From Clostridia bacterium (GTDB lineage: Bacteria; Bacillota; Clostridia; Oscillospirales; CAG-272), in NCBI GenBank assembly GCA_017504605.1, contig JAFVQW010000030.1, positions 26,956 to 90,955 on the forward strand: a stretch of DNA of 64,000 nucleotides. Direction: 5' to 3'. The position numbers and the translations under genes are program-made. This document shows, piece by piece, positions 1 through 9,535 of the stretch. Under the pieces are notes generated by a model. That model was not told the origin of the DNA and made no database searches. It saw only the letters and a list, made by a program, of their open reading frames with translations. Every line of letters starts with the position of its first letter. Position 1 is the stretch's first letter.

Positions 1-915
1 ATAAAGACCGTCGCAAATTGGCTATCCTCCTTCCGCTACGCCGCTATTCCCTTCGACCTGCCGCTAATGACTGTGCTCGTCTTACTCTTCACCGCTCTTT
101 TCTTCGCTTTTCTTGTTCTTCCGATAAAGAGAAAAAGAGTGTATCTCGGCGTGCTACTGACGTTTTATCTTTCAGTCTCGCTTTACGGCGCGTCATATTC
201 GGCCGCGGTTGCGGGCTCGGACGGTATCTACTACACCTCGGATAAAACCGCCGACGTGATAGTTATAAAGGACGAGGGCGAGCTCACCGCCGTATATTCC
301 GGTTCAAACTCACGCGCGGGTGCAAACACCGCCGAGGCCGTTATTTACGCCGAGCGGCTATCCTACCTCGACAACCTCATAATCAGCAATTATTCGGGCG
401 GTAGCGATATTTTTGTCGAAAAGCTTGTTTCACGCCTTAGGTGCGAGGTAATTTATCTTCCCATCCCAAAAACGGGCTATGAGCTGGCCGAGGCGGAAAA
501 AATCGCCGACATCCTCTCGGAGAGTAGTGCGGGCCTCAGCTTCTATGATACCGAGCAGGCTCTTCACTTCGGAAAATACACCTTCTTTAATATTTACCAC
601 TCGCCCTATACCGATAGCTCCGAGACTAAAAACATTCTCGCTCTCCTTATAGGTGACAGGCTATGCACCTACGTTAGCCGGGGATACATCGAGGGCGCAC
701 TTACTCCTCACCCGGCACTACTCGCCGCAGACACTCTCGTCATAGGCTCACACGGAGCTCGTTTAAACGACAACTACTCCTTTAACATCAAGATAAACTC
801 TGTAAACAGTATATATTTTGGAGCAGATTTGAAAATCGACGAGCCCACAAAGGAATTTTACAATAAAAAAGGAGCGTCGGTAATACCTACCGACGCCCGC
901 ATACGGCTTGATTAA
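1..915 (+). CDS. ComEC/Rec2-like membrane protein, C-terminal part (5' end outside window)
   Basis: Frame 1 is open from base 1. N-terminal TM segments are followed by a domain resembling the ComEC metallo-beta-lactamase fold (LLIGD, VIGSHGA), but the HxHxDH metal motif is not visible. Confidence 0.45.
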   Translation: MKTVANWLSSFRYAAIPFDLPLMTVLVLLFTALFFAFLVLPIKRKRVYLGVLLTFYLSVSLYGASYSAAVAGSDGIYYTSDKTADVIVIKDEGELTAVYSGSNSRAGANTAEAVIYAERLSYLDNLIISNYSGGSDIFVEKLVSRLRCEVIYLPIPKTGYELAEAEKIADILSESSAGLSFYDTEQALHFGKYTFFNIYHSPYTDSSETKNILALLIGDRLCTYVSRGYIEGALTPHPALLAADTLVIGSHGARLNDNYSFNIKINSVNSIYFGADLKIDEPTKEFYNKKGASVIPTDARIRLD

Positions 916-2006
916 ACGTTAAACAAGAACTCGACGACGTCGCCGTCCTTCATCACGTACTCCTTACCCTCGCTCCTGAGAAGACCCTTCTCCTTAACGC
1001 GATTTCGGTCACCCTCGCGAACAAGGTCGTCAAACGCAACAACCTCGGCTCTGATAAAGCCGCGCTCGAAGTCGCTGTGTATTTTACCCGCGGCCCCCGG
1101 AGCCTTAGTGCCGTTGGTAATAGTCCAAGCGCGCACCTCCTTCGGTCCTGCGGTAAGGAAGCTGATAAGTCCGAGAAGCGAATATCCCGATTTGATAAGC
1201 TTATCAAGTCCGCTCTCGGTAATGCCGAGGTCGGAAAGAAATGCCATCTTTTCCTCGCCCTCAAGCTCTGCAATCTCCGCCTCTATCTGTGCGCTGACCG
1301 CGATTATCTCGCTACCCTCGCTCTCGGCGTGTGCGCGGAGCTTCTGATATCCCGCGTTGCTCTCATATTCACCGCTGACCTCGCCCTCGGATATATTCGC
1401 TACGTAGATAATGGGCTTAAGGGTAAGAAGACGCGACTCCTCGATATACGCGAGCTCCTCGGCATCGAGGCCGAGCGAGCGGGCAGATTTGCCCTCCTCG
1501 AGCGCCGCCTTAACCTTCTCAAGCACTGCGAGCTTATCAAGAAGCTTCTTATCGCTCTTGGCCGCCTTGGTCGTACGCTCGATAGCGCGCTCGACAATTT
1601 CAAGGTCGGAGAGAATAAGCTCAATATCAATGGTTTCAACATCGCGGATAGGGTCAATGCTTCCCTCGACGTGAATTATATCGTTGTTCTCAAAGCAGCG
1701 TACAACGTGTACAACCGCATCAACCTCGCGAATATTCGCAAGGAACTTGTTTCCGAGACCCTCACCGCGCGACGCGCCCTTAACAAGACCCGCAATATCA
1801 ACAAACTCGATAACGGCGGGAGTATATTTCTCGGGGTTGTACATCTTTGCGAGAACGTCGAGTCTCTTATCGGGAACCGCGACGACTCCAACGTTCGGGT
1901 CAATCGTGCAGAAGGGATAATTCGCCGATTCCGCGCCCACATTGGTCAGGGCGTTAAACAGCGTGCTTTTACCTACGTTAGGCAAGCCAACGATACCAAG
2001 CTTCAT
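912..2006 (-). CDS. ychF: Ribosome-binding ATPase YchF (Obg-family GTPase)
   Basis: N-terminus [21 protein letters not shown] and a 364-aa length typical of YchF, with a TGS-like C-terminus. Confidence 0.95.
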   Translation of the reverse strand: MKLGIVGLPNVGKSTLFNALTNVGAESANYPFCTIDPNVGVVAVPDKRLDVLAKMYNPEKYTPAVIEFVDIAGLVKGASRGEGLGNKFLANIREVDAVVHVVRCFENNDIIHVEGSIDPIRDVETIDIELILSDLEIVERAIERTTKAAKSDKKLLDKLAVLEKVKAALEEGKSARSLGLDAEELAYIEESRLLTLKPIIYVANISEGEVSGEYESNAGYQKLRAHAESEGSEIIAVSAQIEAEIAELEGEEKMAFLSDLGITESGLDKLIKSGYSLLGLISFLTAGPKEVRAWTITNGTKAPGAAGKIHSDFERGFIRAEVVAFDDLVREGDRNRVKEKGLLRSEGKEYVMKDGDVVEFLFNV

Positions 2007-2038
2007 TTTATGTAATTCTCCTTTAATATCTGATACCC

Positions 2039-2065
2039 GCGAGCATTATCCGTGCTCGCATTTTT
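2039..2065 (+). terminator. Plus-strand intrinsic terminator-like hairpin lying antisense to the ychF leader
   Basis: GCGAGCA-N7-TGCTCGC followed by ATTTTT on the plus strand. There is no T-run in the minus orientation. Confidence 0.4.
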
Positions 2066-2170
2066 CATACTATTATACCACGTTCCCCTTCCTTTTTCAA
2101 TAGCTATGCCAAAATTCTTCTATTTTCGTAACTGTTTAGTAATTATACAATAAAAATTCATAAAAAGTTC

Positions 2171-2199
2171 TTGACTATACTCTATTCACTGTGTATAAT
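2171..2199 (+). promoter_or_regulatory. sigma-A type promoter for the response regulator gene
   Basis: TTGACT (2171-2176), 17-nt spacer, TATAAT (2194-2199), about 55 nt upstream of the ATG. Confidence 0.6.
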
Positions 2200-2252
2200 G
2201 TAATTATGAAGATTTTAATGTTTTTAACAAAGTTAACAATTTGGAGGAGAAA

Positions 2253-2942
2253 ATGGATACCAAGCTTTTGATTGTAGATGACGACCCTAATATATGCGAC
2301 ATGCTGAGGCTTTACTTCGAGAACGAGGGCTATAAGGTTAAGACGGCCGGAGACGGCGTCGAGGGCCTCCAGAGCTTTAAGCTCTACGACCCCGACCTCG
2401 TGCTTCTCGATATTATGATGCCGAAGAAGGACGGCTGGCAGGTATGCCGCGAGATACGCGAGATTTCCCCGAAGCCTGTTATTATGATAACGGCGAAGGG
2501 CGAGGTGTTCGACAAGGTGCTCGGCCTCGAGCTCGGCGCTGACGACTTTATAGTTAAGCCCTTCGATATGAAGGAGCTCTCGGCGAGAATTAAGGCCGTG
2601 CTCCGCCGCTATAACGCTCATACCAAAACCTCGGATGACGAGGTTGTAAAGTTTGAGAATATCGAAATCAGCCTCCAGAAATACGAGCTTAAGCTCTCGG
2701 GCCGCGCTATTGATATTCCCCCGAAGGAGCTCGAGCTTCTCTACTTCCTTGCCTCCAACTGCAACCGAGTTTTCACTCGCGACCAGCTACTCGACAAGGT
2801 ATGGGGCTTCGATTATCTCGGCGACTCGCGCACCGTTGACGTTCACGTTAAGAGACTTCGTGAGAAGCTCGAGGGCGTATCCGACAAGTGGGTGCTCAAG
2901 ACCGTTTGGGGTGTAGGATACAAATTTGAAACTCTCGTATAA
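2253..2942 (+). CDS. OmpR/PhoB-family response regulator (receiver plus winged-helix domain)
   Basis: LIVDDD...LLDIMMPKKDG receiver motifs and a C-terminal trans_reg_C-like TVWGVGYKF. GGAGGAG RBS precedes the ATG at 2253. Confidence 0.9.
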   Translation: MDTKLLIVDDDPNICDMLRLYFENEGYKVKTAGDGVEGLQSFKLYDPDLVLLDIMMPKKDGWQVCREIREISPKPVIMITAKGEVFDKVLGLELGADDFIVKPFDMKELSARIKAVLRRYNAHTKTSDDEVVKFENIEISLQKYELKLSGRAIDIPPKELELLYFLASNCNRVFTRDQLLDKVWGFDYLGDSRTVDVHVKRLREKLEGVSDKWVLKTVWGVGYKFETLV

Positions 2943-2950
2943 ATAATAAA

Positions 2951-2987
2951 ACCGATGAGGCGTAACGCCTCATCGGTTTTTGTTTTT
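2951..2987. terminator. Bidirectional intrinsic terminator
   Basis: ACCGATGAGGCG-TAA-CGCCTCATCGGT flanked by an A-run and a T-run, between convergent genes. Confidence 0.8.
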
Positions 2988-5208
2988 AGAAATTAAAGCT
3001 GAGCTGTGCCACAGAGGTACCCGTCGAGGGGATCGCATTTTTCTTGCACTTTGTGGCGTCGGTGCCTACGTCCTCAATCCTGTCTGTTACGAGGTCAACC
3101 TTTACGACCTTCTTCGGCAGCTGCATTATCTGCACTCCCGAGGCCGTTCTCGTTGCCTTCTCGGGTATCAGGGAGCTCTTAATCAGCATTGCCCTGCCCG
3201 CATCGCTGCGAATGAAAATCGGCTTCGGGTCCTTACCCTCGTAAATCGCGCCGACAAGCGGCGAATCCGCGGAATACGCACCGGAAATCTTACGTCTTCT
3301 CGACTTCGCCTCGTATGCTCCGAGGCTTACTCGAAGTCCCTTACCGTTTTCAAATATATACACCATATGGTGCTCCTTGATAAGCTCGTAAATCATCTTA
3401 CAGCCGACGACGTGCTCGTCATCGTCCATCGAGAGCTTAGCGGGAATATAATCGCCCATCTGGCTCGGCTTCGAAATATCAAAGTCACAAACACGCGCGC
3501 GGTAAATCTGTCCCTTATCGGTAAAGAAAAGAACGTCGCCGCGGTTATCGGTATCCTCGGTATAAATTACGAAGTCGCCCTCCTTAAGCTTCTGCTCGTC
3601 GGCAGAGCGCATTCCCTGCGTGGAGAGCTTCTTAAAGTAGCCGCCGCGAGTGAGAACAAGTCGGCAGTTGTAATTCTCGAAGAAGATATCCTCCTCGGGC
3701 TTTACAATATCCTCCTTACCGATAATCTCGGTCTTTCTCGGCTTGCCGTATTTTTTCTTAACCGCCTGGAGCTGAGAGATAATCATTGCCTTAAGCTTGA
3801 GGTCGTCGCGGAGTGTCTCGCGAATCTCCTCAATCTCCTGCTTGATGCTCTCTATCTCCTGAACTCTGTTAATGATGTACTGTCTGTTGAGGTTGCGAAG
3901 CTTGATTTCCGCTATATACTCTGCCTGGCGGGTCGTGAGGTTGAAGCCTGCCGCGAGGTTTGGAACAACCTCCTCCTCAAGCTCGGTATTTCTTATAATA
4001 CGAATAGCCTTGTCAATATCGAGAAGAATAGCCGCAAGTCCGAGAAGAAGCTCGAGCTTATCCTCCTTCTTCCCGAGCTCGAATTTGAGCTGACGGGTGA
4101 GGCACTTGGTTCTGAACTTAATCCACTCGAGGAGTATCTCGCGCACACCGAGCTGCATCGGCGTACCCTCAACGAGAATATTAAAGTTACAGTCAAAGCT
4201 GTTTTCAAGCGCCGTGGCACTGAAGAGCTTCTGCATAACGAGCTCGGGGTCGGCATCTCTCTTAAGGTCGAAGGTAAGCTTAAAGCCGCCGAGGTCAATA
4301 GCATCTCTGACGTCGGTGACCTCGCGGAGCTTACCCGTCTTTATCATATCGGTAGCCTTCTTCATTATCTCCTCTATGCAAGAGGAGTTCGGAATTTCAA
4401 GAATATCGATAGAGTTCGTTTTCTTTATATACTCGTATTTAGCGCGCATCTTGAAGCTACCGACACCGGTCTCGTAGATTTTCTGCATCTGAGCACGGTC
4501 GTATATAATCTTCGCTCCACCCGGAAAATCGGGTGCCTTGATTATATCGAGGAGCCTGTCGACGGTAGTCTTCGGGTTCTTTAAAAGCGCAATCGTTCCG
4601 TCGCAAATCTCGGCAAGGTTAAACGAGCAGATAGAGCACGCCATACCTACCGCAATACCGAGGTTGGGGGATACGAGAATATTGGGAAAGCTCGTGGGCA
4701 GGAGTACAGGCTCCTCGCGGGTGTTATCATAGTTGGGAACAAAATCCACCGCATCCTTATTTATACCGTCGAAAAGCTCGTTACAGAACGGGTCGAGCTT
4801 AGCCTCGGTGTACCTCGCCGCCGCATAAGCCATATCGCGGGAATACTGCTTACCGAACGAGCCCTTCGAGTCGATAAAGGGATGAAGAAGTGTCTCGTTG
4901 TCCCTCGTAAGACGTACCATCGTCTCGTATATCGAGGCATCGCCGTGGGGATGCAGGAACATCGTCTGTCCTACAATGCTCGCGCTCTTCATTCTGTGGC
5001 CCGTAAGAAGTCCCATCGTATACATCGTATAAAGAAGCTTTCTGTGCGAGGGCTTAAAGCCGTCAATCTCGGGTATCGCACGCGAAACTATAACGCTCAT
5101 CGCATAGGGCATATAGTTCTTAACGAGCGTCTCGGTTATCGGCTGAACGGTCGCAACAGATTCGTTCTCCTTAGGATTTATGAGCTCTGTCTTTTTCTTT
5201 TTCGCCAT
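2986..5208 (-). CDS. Type IIA DNA topoisomerase subunit A (ParC/GyrA-like, 740 aa)
   Basis: PDxRDGLKP-like IPEIDGFKPSHRKLLY and an active-site AAARYTEAKL motif. Shorter than typical GyrA. Confidence 0.85.
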   Translation of the reverse strand: MAKKKKTELINPKENESVATVQPITETLVKNYMPYAMSVIVSRAIPEIDGFKPSHRKLLYTMYTMGLLTGHRMKSASIVGQTMFLHPHGDASIYETMVRLTRDNETLLHPFIDSKGSFGKQYSRDMAYAAARYTEAKLDPFCNELFDGINKDAVDFVPNYDNTREEPVLLPTSFPNILVSPNLGIAVGMACSICSFNLAEICDGTIALLKNPKTTVDRLLDIIKAPDFPGGAKIIYDRAQMQKIYETGVGSFKMRAKYEYIKKTNSIDILEIPNSSCIEEIMKKATDMIKTGKLREVTDVRDAIDLGGFKLTFDLKRDADPELVMQKLFSATALENSFDCNFNILVEGTPMQLGVREILLEWIKFRTKCLTRQLKFELGKKEDKLELLLGLAAILLDIDKAIRIIRNTELEEEVVPNLAAGFNLTTRQAEYIAEIKLRNLNRQYIINRVQEIESIKQEIEEIRETLRDDLKLKAMIISQLQAVKKKYGKPRKTEIIGKEDIVKPEEDIFFENYNCRLVLTRGGYFKKLSTQGMRSADEQKLKEGDFVIYTEDTDNRGDVLFFTDKGQIYRARVCDFDISKPSQMGDYIPAKLSMDDDEHVVGCKMIYELIKEHHMVYIFENGKGLRVSLGAYEAKSRRRKISGAYSADSPLVGAIYEGKDPKPIFIRSDAGRAMLIKSSLIPEKATRTASGVQIMQLPKKVVKVDLVTDRIEDVGTDATKCKKNAIPSTGTSVAQLSFNF

Positions 5209-5219
5209 CTAATTCACCG

Positions 5220-6275
5220 TCACAATTTAATTATTTTGTGTGCCGCTGCACGAATCATTCTGTTGTATAGCGCAAGGTCAACGCCGCACTTCTCGGGAAG
5301 CGGAGCGTATATAATATCGAAGCTGTGCTTGTCCGCCTCGCGCAGTGAGCCGAAGAGCCTGTGCGCGCGCTCGAGAGCATCGCTCCGTGATCCGAGGTCG
5401 AATAAATACACCTCGGGGAGCCTATGAGAGAGCTCCTCCATATCCTCGGTGTAGCAAAGAGCAGCCTTATTATGCCCTGCTTTTTCATCGTTTATTATGT
5501 ATTTTACTATCTTTTCAAGGTCGCCGTCAAGAAGCACAACCGGCGCCTTCGGCGCGTAGTGGCGATACTTCATTCCGGGAGATTCCGCTACCTGACCCTC
5601 GGGGAGCTTGTCAAGCACCGCATCGGAAATATCAACCTTAGCACCAAGCGCGGAAAGCTCGCTCGGGGTTATCTTACCCGGGCGCAAAAGCGTAAGAGTG
5701 TCGTCGGGATTAATCCTTACGATAGTGGACTCGACGCCGATGTCGGCATCGCCTCCGTCGATAATCATATCTACCCTGCCCATCATATCGTCTATAACGT
5801 GCCGGGCCGAGGTCGGCGAGGGCGAGCCCGATAGATTAGCCGACGGAGCGGCAATAGGCACGCCCGAGAGCGAAATCAGCTCTCGCGCTATTTTCGATGA
5901 GGGACAGCGCACGGCAACGGTCGGAAGTCCTCCGCGGGTCTTACTCGGCACCGTATCGCGTGCCGTAAGTATTACCGTAAGCGGCCCCGGCATAAACGCC
6001 TCGGCAAGACGGTAATACATATCTCCGAGCACTGCATAGGGCTCGGCATCCTCGGGGCGAGCCACGTGAATTATAAGAGGATTGTCGGCGGGTCTGCCCT
6101 TGGCACTGTATATTTTATCCGCCGCCTCGGCATTCGTCGCATCGGCACCGAGGCCGTAAACCGTCTCGGTCGGAAAAACGACGAGTCCGCCGCGCTTGAT
6201 AATATTCGCGGCGCGACGAAGCCCCGCACTGTCTGCGGTGACGTCACCGACAATTTTTAGTATCTCGGTATTCAT
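5220..6275 (-). CDS. tsaC: L-threonylcarbamoyladenylate synthase, long Sua5/YwlC form
   Basis: GGLVVFPTETVYGLGADA motif. The 351-aa length includes the Sua5 C-terminal domain. Confidence 0.9.
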   Translation of the reverse strand: MNTEILKIVGDVTADSAGLRRAANIIKRGGLVVFPTETVYGLGADATNAEAADKIYSAKGRPADNPLIIHVARPEDAEPYAVLGDMYYRLAEAFMPGPLTVILTARDTVPSKTRGGLPTVAVRCPSSKIARELISLSGVPIAAPSANLSGSPSPTSARHVIDDMMGRVDMIIDGGDADIGVESTIVRINPDDTLTLLRPGKITPSELSALGAKVDISDAVLDKLPEGQVAESPGMKYRHYAPKAPVVLLDGDLEKIVKYIINDEKAGHNKAALCYTEDMEELSHRLPEVYLFDLGSRSDALERAHRLFGSLREADKHSFDIIYAPLPEKCGVDLALYNRMIRAAAHKIIKL

Positions 6276-7348
6276 TTGTCCTCTCCCTTAAGGCGCTCGG
6301 CAGTATCAGCCGCGATTAAGTCGTCAATAACACTGTCAAGCTCGCCGTTCAAAAAGGCATCAAAGGTATAAACGGTCTTATTTATTCTGTGGTCGGTTAT
6401 GCGCGACTGCGGATAGTTGTAGGTGCGTATTTTCTCGCTTCTGTCACCGCTGCCGACCTGACTGCGCCGCTCAGAGGCTATGCGCTCATCCTGCTCTCTC
6501 TGCTTAATGTCGTAGAGCTTCGAGTAAAGCAGCTTCATAGCCCGCTCCTTATTCTGAAGCTGACTGCGCTCGCCGTCACACTCGATTACTATGCCCGAGG
6601 GCAGGTGTGTAAGACGTACGGCTGACTCGGTCTTATTAATATGCTGACCGCCCGCTCCGCTCGACTTACAGGACTCGATTTTAATATCACTCGGCGAAAT
6701 ATCGACCTCGACCTCGTCCGCCTCGGGTAAAACCGCGACGGTGACCGTAGAGGTCTGTATTCTGCCGTTAGACTCGGTCACGGGTATTCTCTGCACTCTG
6801 TGCACGCCGCTCTCAAACTTAAAGCGCGAATATGCACCGTCACCGATAACCGAAAAGGTTATGCTCTTTATTCCTCCGAGCTCGGTATCGTTAAGCGAGA
6901 TTACCTCAATACGAAATCCGCGAGTGGCCGAATACATAGTATACATACGGTAGAGGTCCTGGGCAAAGAGCGCCGCCTCCTCGCCGCCCGCACCCGCACG
7001 GAGCTCCACGATAACGTTCTTACTGTCGTTCGGGTCTCTCGGCATCAAAAGCAGCTTAAGCTCCTCGGTAAGTCTCTCGCACTCCTCGCGAAGGCGGTGA
7101 AAGTCCTCCTCGGCAAGCATACGCAGCTCGGGGTCCTGCGAGGAATCGCGCATCATCTCGTCGCACTCGTTCATCTCTCGCGCGGCGACGGTATACTCGC
7201 GGTATTTGGCGACCACCTCGGCTATGCTGTTGTATTCCTTAATAAGTCTTTGATAATCCTTATTATTGGAAATGACTTCGGGGAGAGTGAGCATTTGCTC
7301 AATCTCCCTGTATCTGTCATCTATTGCTGAAAGCTTTTTGAAAATCAT
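6272..7348 (-). CDS. prfA: Peptide chain release factor 1
   Basis: SGAGGQHINKTESAVRLTH GGQ motif and RF1-type length and N-terminus. Confidence 0.97.
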   Translation of the reverse strand: MIFKKLSAIDDRYREIEQMLTLPEVISNNKDYQRLIKEYNSIAEVVAKYREYTVAAREMNECDEMMRDSSQDPELRMLAEEDFHRLREECERLTEELKLLLMPRDPNDSKNVIVELRAGAGGEEAALFAQDLYRMYTMYSATRGFRIEVISLNDTELGGIKSITFSVIGDGAYSRFKFESGVHRVQRIPVTESNGRIQTSTVTVAVLPEADEVEVDISPSDIKIESCKSSGAGGQHINKTESAVRLTHLPSGIVIECDGERSQLQNKERAMKLLYSKLYDIKQREQDERIASERRSQVGSGDRSEKIRTYNYPQSRITDHRINKTVYTFDAFLNGELDSVIDDLIAADTAERLKGEDK

Positions 7349-7387
7349 TACTCCTCCTCAAATTGAATTGAATTCAAATTGAGTGAG

Positions 7388-8788
7388 CTATTTCAAAAAT
7401 GCACAGAACGCCTTGTATGCCGAATACACGTCGGCCTTAGACACAACCTCAAAGGGCGCGTGCATCGAGATAACGGGCACACCGAGGTCAACGGTATCGA
7501 TATTGTGGTTCGCAATATACATAGCAACCGTTCCGCCGCCGCCCGCATCAACCTTACCGAGCTCCGCAGTCTGCCAGATAACGCCGTTCTCATCGAAAAG
7601 ACGTCTTACGTATCCGACAAACTCGGCCGAGGCATCACTCGTGCTCGACTTACCTCTCGCGCCCGTAAACTTACTCATACAAGCTCCCGAGGAAAGCATA
7701 GCACTGTTACGCTTCTCGTAAACGTCGGGGAAATTCGGGTCGAAGGCCGCCGAAACGTCAGCGCTTATGCACTTCGAGCTTGCACGTACGAGAATGGGAT
7801 TTTTGGAAAGCTCGGCAGAAACGAGATCTATAATATCGGTAAGAAGATCCGACTGCATACCCGTAACGCCGACAGAGCCTATTTCCTCCTTATCCGCAAG
7901 GACGAGCATAACCGTATGCTCGGTGTTGGGAGAATGAAGGAGAGCGGTAAGCGAGGTATATGCGCAAACTCTGTCATCGTGACCGTAGGAGCCGATAAGC
8001 GCTCTGTCAAAGCCTATATCACGCGCCGAGAATGCGGGCACGAGCGAGAGCTCCGCGCTGAGGAAATCGGCCTCGGTTACACCGTACTTCTCGTTAAGGA
8101 GCGAAAGGACGGTGAGCTTTATTTTATCGCTAACCTCCTTATCCGCATAAGGAAGTCCTCCGACTACAATATTGAGCGACTCGCCCGATATAGCGGTGCC
8201 AAGAGGCTCCTGCGACTGACGCTGTGCAAGGTGCGGAAGCAGGTCGTTGATGTAAAATACGGGGTCTCCCGCATCCTCTCCGACGGTAACCTTTACCACC
8301 TCTCCGTCAGCCTTAACCATAACGCCGTGAAGAGCAAGAGGAATAGCCGTCCACTGATATTTCTTCACTCCGCCGTAATAGTGGGTCTTGAGAAAGGCCA
8401 TACCGCTGTCCTCGTAAAGAGGGTTCTGCTTAACGTCAATTCTCGGAGAATCGACGTGAGAGGCGAGAATCCTGATGCCCTCCTTCTCAATATCGCGCGA
8501 GCCGATCTTCAAAACCACGATGCTCTTGCCGCGGTTGTTGAAATAGCGCTTGTCCCCTACCGAGAGGCTCTCGCCGAGACGGTATTCGGTATAGCCCTGC
8601 GCCTGAAGAAGCGCAATGGCAGCCTCGGTGGCCTCGCGCTCGGTCTTGGAATTATCAAGATACTCCATATAGCCGCGCGCATAGTCGTAAATCGCCGCTA
8701 TTTCCTCGGGAGAAGCCTCCTCAAAGACGTTTTTCTTTTTGTAGGAAAGCATTTCAAGCATTTCCTGTCCCTTAGTTTTCTCTGACAT
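7388..8788 (-). CDS. M18-family aminopeptidase
   Basis: 466 aa. Overall resemblance to clostridial aminopeptidase 1, including HVDSPRIDVK and GSYGHDDRVC motifs. Confidence 0.85.
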   Translation of the reverse strand: MSEKTKGQEMLEMLSYKKKNVFEEASPEEIAAIYDYARGYMEYLDNSKTEREATEAAIALLQAQGYTEYRLGESLSVGDKRYFNNRGKSIVVLKIGSRDIEKEGIRILASHVDSPRIDVKQNPLYEDSGMAFLKTHYYGGVKKYQWTAIPLALHGVMVKADGEVVKVTVGEDAGDPVFYINDLLPHLAQRQSQEPLGTAISGESLNIVVGGLPYADKEVSDKIKLTVLSLLNEKYGVTEADFLSAELSLVPAFSARDIGFDRALIGSYGHDDRVCAYTSLTALLHSPNTEHTVMLVLADKEEIGSVGVTGMQSDLLTDIIDLVSAELSKNPILVRASSKCISADVSAAFDPNFPDVYEKRNSAMLSSGACMSKFTGARGKSSTSDASAEFVGYVRRLFDENGVIWQTAELGKVDAGGGGTVAMYIANHNIDTVDLGVPVISMHAPFEVVSKADVYSAYKAFCAFLK

Positions 8789-8807
8789 TTTATCTCTCCA
8801 ACTTTTA

Positions 8808-9410
8808 TTATTTTCTTATTTTTTCAAGTATCTCCGAAACCGCAGAGGCAAGCTCGCTCTCGCTCCCCTCGTTAACTATAACGAAATCGGAATGAGAGGC
8901 AAGCCACTCGTCGGTGTGCTGTGCCGCAATCCGCCCCTCGGCCTCAAGGCGTGAAATTCCGTCACGCGCCATTATTCTCTCAGTACGAATATTTTTGTCG
9001 CAAAGAACCGAGATTATATAGGTACACTCCTTATCAATGCCCGCCTCAAATAGAAGCGGAGCATCGTAAACGGCAAGGCTCTCGCCACTCTTTGCATACT
9101 CGCCTGCAAGTTCGCGCATACGCGCGATGACGTACTTATGCGTTATCGAGTTCAGCACCGCAAGGCGCGAGGTCGGGTCGGCATCGGTGAATATTTTTTC
9201 ACTGAGAGCCGCGCGCGAAAGCGCTCCGTCCGCGGTGAGAACCTCCTCACCGAAGTGATGCGAAATCTCCCGCGTGCACTCGCCCTCGCGGGAAACAATA
9301 TCGTGGTATACGGCATCTGCATCGATAATCGGTATACCGAGCGTCCGCATAACCGATGCAACGGCGCCCTTACCGCTGCCGCTGCCGCCACACAGTCCGA
9401 TAATATCCAT
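8808..9410 (-). CDS. coaE: Dephospho-CoA kinase
   Basis: IGLCGGSGSGKG P-loop at the N-terminus, 200 aa. Confidence 0.9.
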   Translation of the reverse strand: MDIIGLCGGSGSGKGAVASVMRTLGIPIIDADAVYHDIVSREGECTREISHHFGEEVLTADGALSRAALSEKIFTDADPTSRLAVLNSITHKYVIARMRELAGEYAKSGESLAVYDAPLLFEAGIDKECTYIISVLCDKNIRTERIMARDGISRLEAEGRIAAQHTDEWLASHSDFVIVNEGSESELASAVSEILEKIRK

Positions 9411-9535
9411 CAGACACCCTCCATAGCTTTTAAATATATTATACTAAAAGAAAAAGCGCTTGTCAAGTTGCTTTTACGTTCAATTATCGCGCCCCGGCGC
9501 ATATAATACATACGAGTAAACGAAAAGGAGTGTAT

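Noticed and set aside
2980-4584. Long antisense ORFs opposite well-recognised genes. Examples are 2980-4584 (+), 7379-8785 (+), 18275-19288 (+), 19950-20990 (+), 33452-35470 (+), 35526-36593 (+), 44901-45755 (-) and 59715-60482 (-).
   Set aside because: Each lies opposite a gene with unmistakable family motifs. Their translations are low-complexity (Arg/Leu/Ser-rich) and they lack RBS-start geometry. They are shadow ORFs typical of GC-rich coding DNA.
7349-7387. Palindrome TTGAATTCAA between the aminopeptidase stop and the prfA start.
   Set aside because: It is short, AT-rich and contains an EcoRI-type hexamer with no U-run. It is compatible with chance or a weak stem and offers no further support.
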